NCBI GenBank assembly: GCA_046583015.1
Contig: JAYGDG010000511.1
Span: 1-11,798, forward strand
Direction of reading: 5' to 3'
Source: Pirellulaceae bacterium
Lineage (GTDB): Bacteria > Planctomycetota > Planctomycetia > Pirellulales > Pirellulaceae
Length of the DNA stretch: 11,798 nucleotides
In this document: in pieces, positions 1 to 7,237 of the stretch
How the letters are laid out: the number at the start of each line of letters is the position of its first letter
Numbering within the stretch: position 1 is the first letter of the stretch
The notes under the pieces: model-generated
What the model was told of the DNA's origin: nothing
Database searches by the model: none
What the model saw: only the letters and a program-made list of their open reading frames with translations
Position numbers and translations under genes: made by a program

Positions 1-3000
1 CGACTGCGTCCCTTGTAGACGCCTTCGATTTTCCGCTGTGCATCGCAGAGGGAAATGAACTTCTGCAGGAACTCGGGGTTACAGTGTTGAATATCATCGA
101 GATAGATCATCACGTTGTCACCCATTTCCAGCGCCAAGTTCAACTTATTGACTTCTTCGCGGGCCCCCACATTGGGTGCCTCGGCCGGATCCAGGGAAGT
201 CACGTGATGCCCAATCGCCGGACCGTTGATCTTCATGAAGATGATACCCAGGCGATTCGCCACGTATTCCATCAGCGTAGTCTTACCGTAACCGGGAGGA
301 GAGATCAGCAGTAGCAAGCCCATCAAGTCGGTCCGTTTATCTTCCCCCACAACACCGATCTGCTTGGCCAGGTTGTCGCCAATCAACGGCAGGTAAACCG
401 AGTCAATAAGCTTGTTGCGAACGAAAGACGTCAGCACACGAGGCCGAAATTCCTCCAGTCGCAATCCTTCGCGTGCCTGGTCAACAATTTCTTTCTTGAG
501 GTCAATATAATCTCGGTAAGCTGGTACCGTGTGTGCTTCGAAATATTCCAGGCGTGTCGTAAATTCGTTGTAGTTGAGGTGATATTTCGAGCTATCGATG
601 TTGGCATGATCCCCTACCATGCCGGAGATCTGTCGATCAACATCACCATCCACGATGTGATCGGTATCGACCTTGTCTTGCATCAGCAGCACGGAGACTT
701 CATCCGCATAGACCCGGTCTACCTCGTCTTTATTGTGATCGAGCAAGAACGCTTCAACCCAGTCTCGCACCAGTAAGAAGGTACTTTCCGGATCCCGACT
801 GACTGCTTTCACTGACTGGCCAAACCGTTTGTCAAAGCTGGCCTGCTGCAAATGCGATTGAAATTCATTGTAGAGATTGGCGGCCCGTCGGCTGACAGCA
901 AGCCCTTCGCCGCTGGACAATTCCGCGTACAAGTAACGCGCTGCCTGATTTATATAGTCCTCGGAGAACAACTGATACTCTCCGACAAACGCCGCCAGCA
1001 CTTCTTGTAAATCATCGATATACTCGGCCTGCTCGCTAAGGTTCGGGAACAATTCACCGATTTCACCAATTCCCTTGAGACGATCAGACATCAATGACTT
1101 GAACTTCTCGTCACCAAAACATTCCCAGTACAGGCATCCCAAGGCACGTGCCTGGGAATGAAATCGTAGCAGACCGATTGAACTGGTCATTTCCAGCATG
1201 GCTTGGAGTATTTTTTCTGCATCGTGATCGTGCACACCCTTGGCATAGGCTTCGGTGTAGCGTGGTCCCATAAACTGATGAATGAACTCCAGTCGCTGTG
1301 GGCTCGTCATCTCCAACAGGCTTTGCTCGCTAACCTCACCTCCCTGGCGAATTTCTTGTAGCAGTGCATAAGCCAGGTATTCGCCACGATAAACGCGTCG
1401 ATTTTCAGAGACCACTTCCTGGTTCCAAACATCGCGTGTTGCCAGCAATCGTTCGTCATCGATCACTTCGAAGAAATCGGTACCGGTCAGATGCAGATGC
1501 ATCTGGTCATCACGTAACACCGTGGTCAAGTCCAGTGCCTGGATATTCACGGAGAAGTGATGGCTCCCCATCTTGATGACATTTTCACCTTCCACGAATA
1601 ATTCTTGCCGGTCCTTTAACTGTCGAACCGCATCTTCTCGAATCGTTTTCAGGCGACTTTGAATATCATCTACCTTGACCGAGTCTTCCAGTTCGCCCAG
1701 TTGGCTGACAATATCACGAACCTTATCGATCATCAGATCTGAGGCAAAATAACCGTTGATATCGTTGATCGTGTCGAGACTGCCAACGCGTGCCTGGATT
1801 CCCTTGAGAATTCGTTCGGCCGCCTTCATGAGGGCCGTGGCTCGCTTGTTACGGGCTTCGACAAGCGAAAGTTTTCGTGTTTCGAACGCGTTGTAAATTT
1901 CTTCCCGCTTCTCTGTCAGCTGGATCACAAACTCATCAAACTCTGCAAAGCGACCTTCGAGTTCCTCGAGTTGAATCATCACCTTGGTCAGAAATTCTTC
2001 ACATTTATCAGGCGTGTCACAGATATCCAGGTAGTTGACCACGGCCTGGTTCAACAGCTTCATCTGCGAACTAAACTCGGCAACTCCCTCTACCGACATC
2101 AGTTCCTTTGTCTTGTTTTTAAGGGCTGCCCGGGCCGTATTGACAATCGCAAAGATGGCCGAAATATTGTCGATGATCTCCGTGCGGTGCGTGGCATCAT
2201 CAATATCGAGGTTGCTAACGATATCAATCAGCATCTCCAACTCTTCCGCACCGCGCGTGATTTCTTCTTCGATCTTGCGAGCATCGCTGACCTTGGTCAA
2301 CTCGCTGATGCCACCCGACTGCTGCTCGAGCTGTTGCTGGTAAGGCTGCAGCGAATCATCCCTTAAAAGGAACTCGATACAGCGGTTTGCCAACCGCTCG
2401 GTGTTCTCAGAAACCTCGTTCTCGAGGGAATCAACCATTTCGGTATCGATGTAACGCAGATCGCGCAGCGAAATCAACTCTCCGCGAATCCGTCGCAGAT
2501 CACCCAGGGACTTGACGAAATGCTCAATGTGTTCGAAACCCTTATGGGTCACATCCGAGATAATTTCCTTGGCCTGCTTTTTGACAATGGCCGTCTGTTC
2601 TGCAGTATTCTGCTTGACGCGAACAACTTTCTCGAACTGGTCAACCGCGGAGACTGCGGCATCCTTGATACCCTGAAGCACCTCGCTCAGATTGGCCGCG
2701 TCTTTATTGTCGAGCCAAAAATAAGTGTCGATAATATCTCCGCTCTTGCGGACCAGGTCGACATAAAGATTGGCGTAGGTATCCTCTTTGTCGATTAAGT
2801 TCAACACTTCATAACACTCGGCCATGCCACCAACGATTTCCCGGTTACCGACCTTGTAGAGAAATGAATCGGTATTGGTTTCCGGCTGAAAATCCTCGCT
2901 CACGTAAGGCGTCTGCCAGAGTTGCAGGGCGTGGTGTTTTTGCGGTGCCTCTTCGCTACGAAAGCAGACCATCTCACCGGCGTGGAAAAAGGTCGCACCA

Positions 3001-4136
3001 TGGCAAATCACTGGAGTATCGACCTGTTGTTCAATCAAGTTATATCGTAGCAGCACATAGACACCGGTCTGCTGGTTATGGAAGACGTAGAGATAGTCTT
3101 CACCGTTGGGTGCCGCCAAACGTTTCTCAAAAATCATGTTCTGCAACTGGTGATCAAATGTCTTGTGTTCACCTGTCTGCAGGTAATAACCGTTGGAAAA
3201 AATCAGGCCGTGATCATCTGGCAATAAAACACAGGCATGTTCAATCGCATCAATACGTCGTGCCTGCTTGATCTTGTCGTTGTAGACGATGTAACGAAAC
3301 GTTTCTTCCCGGTAGGGGCGAACCTTCAAGATGATGATATTACCGACCGACGCGTAGTAAATCTCAGCATCATCGAGCACCTGGTCCGCGTCATCAACGG
3401 GTTCTGAATAGATTCCCTCTCCGGACTTGGTATTGTTTTCAATCTTGATCGTCAAATCGCCGCCAACCGTCTCGACAAAAATTCGGTCTTCGATAGCGAT
3501 ATGAGGATGTTGACCTTCCTGGTGCAAGTCCCGGTGCGTTCGCTTCCATTCGTATTCATGTTGCGGTGGACGAACTTCATGGTCGCTACCGTTATCGAGG
3601 TAGGTCAGCTTGTCCCCCTCGATCAGCCATTTGAATGACTTAACGTCTGTGACGTTCGCACCCAATTGAAAAGTCATGTAGAGGTGGGGGCCAAGTAAAA
3701 GGAACTTGGAGAAAACCACGTTCTTGTGGTAATGATAGAGTTCTGCGAAATCTTTTTCAAACTGCTTGCTGGTAATCAAGTCCAGCGGTTGCTGATGAAA
3801 TTTCTGATCCGCAAACTGGTAAACAGCAAAAACGTCCGCTACCTTGGTCTTGGTTTTCAATCCAAACTGGACGTTGTAGCCGAAAAGAAACTTGTCTCCG
3901 ACCGCGATCAGGTCACGCGGGACACAGTTGTTGCTGGTGCTAATGCGTTCGGTACTGAGTAGCACCGTTTCGATGGAACCGAAGACCTCTTTGCGGCCCT
4001 GGTTGAGCTTTTCCAATCGCTCGCGCAGCTGCTTACCAAAACCATTCAGCCGGTTGCGAATGATCTCGTAAGTATTGCCCTCCAGCGCAACCTCTTCACC
4101 AGCCGGGGTGTTTTGTTTAACCTCTGCCTGAGCCAT
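1..4136 (-). CDS. Giant multidomain P-loop ATPase, 3'-truncated by the window edge. It has a beta-rich N-terminal domain, a long coiled-coil region and a C-terminal MoxR/AAA_5-like ATPase. It resembles the ~1500-1800-aa proteins I recall being generically annotated 'DNA repair ATPase'.
   Basis: I translated the minus strand by hand from the ATG (revcomp of 4134-4136) down to position 3 and found 1378 codons with no stop. The N terminus reads MAQAEVKQNTPAGEEVALEGNTYEIIRNRLNGFGKQLRERLEKLNQGRKEVFGS. The C-terminal part contains Walker A LLLISPPGYGKTTLMEYVANRLG and a Walker B/MoxR-like box DNVMIYLDDIQHCNPEFLQKFISLCDAQRKIEG, matching the hhhhDEINRAxPxxQxxLLxxhxE pattern of AAA_5/MoxR ATPases. The middle ~550 aa is E/K/R/L/Q-rich with heptad character (e.g. 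ARKIEEEITRGAEELEMLIDIVSNLDIDD). A GGTGGG/AAGG purine-rich stretch lies 8-15 nt upstream of the ATG. The ORF is missing from the supplied track only because no stop occurs inside the window. Confidence 0.85.
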   Translation of the reverse strand, partial: MAQAEVKQNTPAGEEVALEGNTYEIIRNRLNGFGKQLRERLEKLNQGRKEVFGSIETVLLSTERISTSNNCVPRDLIAVGDKFLFGYNVQFGLKTKTKVADVFAVYQFADQKFHQQPLDLITSKQFEKDFAELYHYHKNVVFSKFLLLGPHLYMTFQLGANVTDVKSFKWLIEGDKLTYLDNGSDHEVRPPQHEYEWKRTHRDLHQEGQHPHIAIEDRIFVETVGGDLTIKIENNTKSGEGIYSEPVDDADQVLDDAEIYYASVGNIIILKVRPYREETFRYIVYNDKIKQARRIDAIEHACVLLPDDHGLIFSNGYYLQTGEHKTFDHQLQNMIFEKRLAAPNGEDYLYVFHNQQTGVYVLLRYNLIEQQVDTPVICHGATFFHAGEMVCFRSEEAPQKHHALQLWQTPYVSEDFQPETNTDSFLYKVGNREIVGGMAECYEVLNLIDKEDTYANLYVDLVRKSGDIIDTYFWLDNKDAANLSEVLQGIKDAAVSAVDQFEKVVRVKQNTAEQTAIVKKQAKEIISDVTHKGFEHIEHFVKSLGDLRRIRGELISLRDLRYIDTEMVDSLENEVSENTERLANRCIEFLLRDDSLQPYQQQLEQQSGGISELTKVSDARKIEEEITRGAEELEMLIDIVSNLDIDDATHRTEIIDNISAIFAIVNTARAALKNKTKELMSVEGVAEFSSQMKLLNQAVVNYLDICDTPDKCEEFLTKVMIQLEELEGRFAEFDEFVIQLTEKREEIYNAFETRKLSLVEARNKRATALMKAAERILKGIQARVGSLDTINDINGYFASDLMIDKVRDIVSQLGELEDSVKVDDIQSRLKTIREDAVRQLKDRQELFVEGENVIKMGSHHFSVNIQALDLTTVLRDDQMHLHLTGTDFFEVIDDERLLATRDVWNQEVVSENRRVYRGEYLAYALLQEIRQGGEVSEQSLLEMTSPQRLEFIHQFMGPRYTEAYAKGVHDHDAEKILQAMLEMTSSIGLLRFHSQARALGCLYWECFGDEKFKSLMSDRLKGIGEIGELFPNLSEQAEYIDDLQEVLAAFVGEYQLFSEDYINQAARYLYAELSSGEGLAVSRRAANLYNEFQSHLQQASFDKRFGQSVKAVSRDPESTFLLVRDWVEAFLLDHNKDEVDRVYADEVSVLLMQDKVDTDHIVDGDVDRQISGMVGDHANIDSSKYHLNYNEFTTRLEYFEAHTVPAYRDYIDLKKEIVDQAREGLRLEEFRPRVLTSFVRNKLIDSVYLPLIGDNLAKQIGVVGEDKRTDLMGLLLLISPPGYGKTTLMEYVANRLGIIFMKINGPAIGHHVTSLDPAEAPNVGAREEVNKLNLALEMGDNVMIYLDDIQHCNPEFLQKFISLCDAQRKIEGVYKGRS

Positions 4137-4210
4137 CGCTGGATTATCCCACCTTAAAGGAACCTGTGGAGACGATCGGAGCGGGTGGTGTCGTCAGAGC
4201 GGACCATCCT

Positions 4211-4225
4211 CCTCGGAAACCGAGG
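4211..4225 (-). promoter_or_regulatory. Small perfect hairpin (6-bp stem CCTCGG/CCGAGG, 3-nt loop) in the 109-nt spacer between the flotillin stop and the giant-ATPase start. It could be a weak terminator, attenuator or processing site, but no U-tract follows it.
   Basis: The plus-strand sequence at 4211-4225 is cctcgg-aaa-ccgagg. On the minus-strand RNA this is CCUCGG-UUU-CCGAGG, followed by AGGAUGG rather than a U-run. Confidence 0.2.
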
Positions 4226-4245
4226 CCGATCAACTTCACGACACG

Positions 4246-6378
4246 TTAGCTATCTTTTGACTTCGATTTCTTGCCACTGCCCAACCCCAGGGAGGAAGCA
4301 CGGTCGGCAGAAATACCAGCATCCGCTGCGAAGCCAAGTAAACGCTGGAGTTCGTAACGAATCCCCTCGCTCTTGGTCAGTCCCAGCATGCGGGCAATCA
4401 GCGCTGCGATCGAAAGATCTTTCACATCATCGGTACTCAAGTTAAATTGTGTGACCAGCTCGTCCATCTTGTCGCGGAAATAATCTGGATTCCCGTTGAA
4501 GAAACTGTTTTTGACATCGGTCAATACACCACTGTTATTCACAAAACGATCAACTGCTTTTCCACCCTTGATCGAATCAATAATCTTGTCAAAGAATTCT
4601 GTTTCACCGCCGACGATGTCGATGCGAGCAGACTTGAGTGCCTCACCCACGATCCGCGATTGAGCTTCGGCAATGTCCTGCTGCGCCGCGATGGCAGCAA
4701 TCTCGATATCCTTGTCTTTATTGAGTCGCAGTTTGAATTCCTCGTGTTCTTTACCAACACTGTCAAACAGCTTCATCGACTTGGCTTTCTCCTGGATACC
4801 ATTAGCTTCACTGGAGTACTTGACTCGCATCACTTCGGCTTCTGCAGTACCGTGTTTCTCGATAGTAACGGCCTTGGCTTCCAGTCCCTTGGCTTCTGCT
4901 TCTGCCTTACGTTGCAAAACGGACGCTTCCGCATGACCTTCTTTTTCCAGCGAAACCGCCTTGGCTTCCTGGACATTTGCCTGGGCTAAACCAGAAGCCG
5001 CCTGGTCGGCAACCTTTGCCTCGGCTAACATCTTCGTGGCATGGGTCTGTTTTTCGGCAGCAACGCGATCCGCCTCGGCAACAATTACCACCTCGTCTGA
5101 ATGAAAGGTGGCTGACTGCTTGGACGCTTCGGCCGCCTTGATTTCCTTGACCAACGCTTCATCCGCCTCCATTTCTGCCTGCGTCACGGTAACCCGTTTC
5201 AATCGATCTGCTGTGGCAAATTCTTCCGTATCTTTAATTCGTTGTTGTTCTTCCACAACACCCCGTTCCACGATCACCCGTTCTCGAATGACCTCCTGGA
5301 TATTGCGTTTTTCAACTTCGATCGCTTTGTCTTTGTCAATGTCTGCCAGCGCCACAACGCGTTCGCGTTCGGTCGCTTCCAGGCCGCGCTCTTTCTCAAC
5401 ACGTTCGGTCTCAACTGCTTCAGTACGCTCTTTACTCTTCTGCGCCACGACGATCTGTCGATCTTTATTCTCTTCTGCCACGCGGATTTCTTCCTCGGTG
5501 GCAATCCGGGCTGATTCCGCTTTGAGCCGTTCTTCTTCCGTGACTTTAGCGCCTTCAGCTTTTTCACGGGCAGTTATCACGGTAATTTCACGGTGCTGCT
5601 TCTCTTCGGCCTCTACCTGCTGACGCTCTAAGGCCAGAATCACTTCGCGAGCTTCCACGTCCTGCTTCTTGATCACCTTTTCCTTGTCCCGGGTAATGTC
5701 GTTGGACAAGATATGTTCCCTGGAGGTCAGATCGGTAATCTTCTTGATCCCTTCCGCGTCCAGAATGTTGTTCGGATCAAGCAAGTTCAAAGGAGTTTGC
5801 TCCAGGAAGTCAATCGCACAATCGACCAGGGCGTAACCATTCAAATCTTTCCCAATCACCTCCAACATGGCCGCCTTGAACTTGTCCCGTTCATCATAGA
5901 GCTGCACGAAATCAAATCGCTTACCGACGGTCTTGAGTGCTTCGGAGAACAGGGCATCGAACAAAACCACCATGGACTGCTGGTCGGAAGCTCGCTTACA
6001 ACCGACCGACTCAGCCACCTGTAAAATGTCTTCAATCTTGTTGTTGACACGCACATAAAAAGCAACTTCGATGTCAGCTCGCACGTTGTCCTGGCAAATA
6101 AGTCCTGCCTCGCCACGACGCTTAATCTCGATCCGCTTGAGTGACAAATCCATCACCTCGGCGCGATGGAGAATAGGTATCACGAATATTCCCCTACCGG
6201 TTTTGGCTTTGAGACCACCAGCTCCAGAACGAACAATCGCCTCCTCCGGTCCCACCTTGCGGAAGAACTGGGAAAAGAGCGCCAGTATGCCGCCGACGAT
6301 AACCAGGATCGCCACACCAATTGTCAATAGCCAGGTAAAAAACGGACTTAAACCAGTTTGTGCTAATAAAGAAATCAT
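4246..6378 (-). CDS. Flotillin-family protein (SPFH/band-7 domain, YqiK/FloT-like), 710 aa. It has an N-terminal TM helix, an SPFH domain, a very long E/A/K/R-rich coiled-coil ('flotillin EA repeat') region and a C-terminal tail of about 150 aa.
   Basis: The N terminus MISLLAQTGLSPFFTWLLTIGVAILVIVGGILALF is a hydrophobic TM segment. It is followed by EAIVRSGAGGLKAKTGRGIFVIPILHRAEVMDLSLKRIEI...DNVRADIEVAFYVRV, which matches the SPFH fold and YqiK-type flotillins. A ~300-aa EA-rich charged stretch follows (VEAEEKQHREITVITAREKAEGAKVTEEERLKAESARIATEEE...). The ORF starts 23 nt after the stop of the upstream NfeD-like gene, and a GAGGT sequence sits 7 nt upstream of the ATG. Confidence 0.9.
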   Translation of the reverse strand: MISLLAQTGLSPFFTWLLTIGVAILVIVGGILALFSQFFRKVGPEEAIVRSGAGGLKAKTGRGIFVIPILHRAEVMDLSLKRIEIKRRGEAGLICQDNVRADIEVAFYVRVNNKIEDILQVAESVGCKRASDQQSMVVLFDALFSEALKTVGKRFDFVQLYDERDKFKAAMLEVIGKDLNGYALVDCAIDFLEQTPLNLLDPNNILDAEGIKKITDLTSREHILSNDITRDKEKVIKKQDVEAREVILALERQQVEAEEKQHREITVITAREKAEGAKVTEEERLKAESARIATEEEIRVAEENKDRQIVVAQKSKERTEAVETERVEKERGLEATERERVVALADIDKDKAIEVEKRNIQEVIRERVIVERGVVEEQQRIKDTEEFATADRLKRVTVTQAEMEADEALVKEIKAAEASKQSATFHSDEVVIVAEADRVAAEKQTHATKMLAEAKVADQAASGLAQANVQEAKAVSLEKEGHAEASVLQRKAEAEAKGLEAKAVTIEKHGTAEAEVMRVKYSSEANGIQEKAKSMKLFDSVGKEHEEFKLRLNKDKDIEIAAIAAQQDIAEAQSRIVGEALKSARIDIVGGETEFFDKIIDSIKGGKAVDRFVNNSGVLTDVKNSFFNGNPDYFRDKMDELVTQFNLSTDDVKDLSIAALIARMLGLTKSEGIRYELQRLLGFAADAGISADRASSLGLGSGKKSKSKDS

Positions 6379-6401
6379 CGTGTTACCTCATGCTCCGTCG
6401 T

Positions 6402-7016
6402 TCAAGAAGGATATTTTTCAACCTCAAAGATGCGACTTTCCGAATCGTAATCAACAATCACAATGCGATCTCCCTTCGCAATCTCCTCCTCCTTGACCCG
6501 AGCATGCAACACCAGGGGTGCTGCCTCGGTCTTAATCTCGACTTGTCCGTTGGTCGTCGTGACCGTTGTGGTCACCACGCCCGTCCGACCAATCATCCCT
6601 TTGTCCGGATTGGGAGGCTCGGAATCAAATTTTCCTCGTAGCGGCTGAGTCAGTATCTTCGTTGGAATCAAACTGATCAGTGCGTTACGCCCCACAATCA
6701 AACTGACTGCCCACACACCCGTTGGATCGTCTCCCGGCAACTGAAGCCATATGGAAAGACTCCAAAAACTTAGCGCGAAAGCACTCATCCAAACCATGAT
6801 GGGCACTGTACCTAAATTCAAAAACCGAAAACCAACGGCACCAAAACCCAAAATCGAGCCCAAGTCCGCGTCAGCGTCTAAATCAAAATCAAAATCAAAA
6901 GCATCCATGCCAACCGCCCCCACAATGACTGTCAGCCAATAAATGCAGACCAGCGTTAACAACACGCTCGCCGGCAAAACGGGGCCACTGCTACATGTCT
7001 CAAAAAACTCCGTCAT
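6402..7016 (-). CDS. NfeD-like / YqiJ-family inner-membrane protein, the partner of flotillin. The likely true start is the ATG at 7016. The ORF track extends it to a TTG at 7043.
   Basis: The protein reads MTEFFETCSSGPVLPASVLLTLVCIYWLTVIVGAVGMDAFDFDFDLDADADLGSILGFGAVGFRFLNLGTVPIMVWMSAFALSFWSL... It has hydrophobic helices flanking a periodic acidic D-x-D-x-D segment, as in E. coli YqiJ. The C-terminal segment GMIGRTGVVTTTVTTTNGQVEIKTEAAPLVLHARVKEEEIAKGDRIVIVDYD has the character of an NfeD OB-fold beta-barrel. A strong Shine-Dalgarno AAGGAGGA (revcomp of 7021-7028) lies 4 nt before the ATG at 7016-7014. The gene sits immediately upstream of flotillin, matching the conserved nfeD-flotillin (yqiJK / yuaFG) gene pair. 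Confidence 0.85.
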   Translation of the reverse strand: MTEFFETCSSGPVLPASVLLTLVCIYWLTVIVGAVGMDAFDFDFDLDADADLGSILGFGAVGFRFLNLGTVPIMVWMSAFALSFWSLSIWLQLPGDDPTGVWAVSLIVGRNALISLIPTKILTQPLRGKFDSEPPNPDKGMIGRTGVVTTTVTTTNGQVEIKTEAAPLVLHARVKEEEIAKGDRIVIVDYDSESRIFEVEKYPS

Positions 7017-7020
7017 CCCA

Positions 7021-7028
7021 TCCTCCTT
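7021..7028 (-). promoter_or_regulatory. Shine-Dalgarno sequence (AAGGAGGA) for the NfeD-like gene.
   Basis: Plus-strand tcctcctt at 7021-7028 is AAGGAGGA on the minus strand, 4 nt upstream of the ATG at 7016. Confidence 0.6.
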
Positions 7029-7043
7029 TGGCACGTGATCCAA

Positions 7044-7237
7044 CTACCATTAAAACTGGCAAACTGAATCCGTCCACATCCGAATTTCGTGCTGGCGAAC
7101 TGTCTCAAGGTCGCCAGATCCCTGGTCCCACCCAAAAGGGTTAGAAACGCACCTATCCAGACGTCTCAATAGTATAGTACGTAAAGATAGGTAAAGTGTA
7201 TGGGTTTAAACAAAGATTGAAATTACACACCCCTCTA
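7044..7237 (-). promoter_or_regulatory. A 194-bp intergenic region between the PLD gene stop and the nfeD start. The local AT-rich stretch is the probable promoter/5'UTR region of the nfeD-flotillin(-ATPase) transcription unit, and also the terminator zone of the upstream transporter-PLD unit.
   Basis: It is the largest non-coding gap in the window. It contains the AT-rich block caatagtatagtacgtaaagataggtaaagtgtatgggtttaaacaaagattgaaattacac (about 7169-7232) with TATACT/TAGTAT-like hexamers readable on the minus strand. No convincing intrinsic terminator (stem plus U-tract) is visible. Confidence 0.3.

Noticed and set aside
1-4136. The idea that the giant ATPase is an SMC/SbcC/RecN-type DNA-repair ATPase, as the generic annotation I recall would suggest.
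   Set aside because: The C-terminal nucleotide-binding module is a single contiguous MoxR/AAA_5-type P-loop (GYGKTT ... hhhhDDIQ-x-NPE). It is not a split ABC head with N-terminal Walker A and C-terminal signature/Walker B separated by the coiled coil. No ABC signature (LSGGQ) is seen in the window.
4244-4254. The exact 11-mer cgttagctatc is repeated at 4244-4254 and 9848-9858, each spanning the stop codon of a minus-strand gene (the flotillin and surface-protein genes). I considered a shared terminator or recombination motif.
   Set aside because: Both genes end in ...Asp-Ser-stop (GAT AGC TAA CG), which explains the identity. About 16 chance 11-mer repeats are expected in an 11.8-kb sequence (N^2/2/4^11), and no flanking similarity exists.
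4447-4989. Plus-strand ORFs of 87-245 aa antisense to the large minus-strand genes. Those listed in the track are 4447-4989, 5108-5623, 8519-9058, 8932-9669, 1971-2366, 2864-3271, 6071-6496, 7268-7720, 11327-11719 and 84-314.
   Set aside because: Each lies entirely inside a minus-strand gene whose translation carries clear family motifs (SPFH/flotillin, DAACS NMDGT, the HKD motif, AAA Walker A/B, Ig/dockerin repeats). Their own translations are low-complexity (S/A/R/H-rich) mirror images of the EA-rich or hydrophobic coding strand, so they are antisense shadow ORFs.
7016-7043. The 9-codon N-terminal extension (MDHVPKEDG) of the NfeD-like ORF, starting at a TTG.
   Set aside because: The extension itself encodes the AAGGAGGA Shine-Dalgarno for the downstream ATG, so it is more likely 5'UTR than coding. 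The gene is kept, but with its start at 7016.
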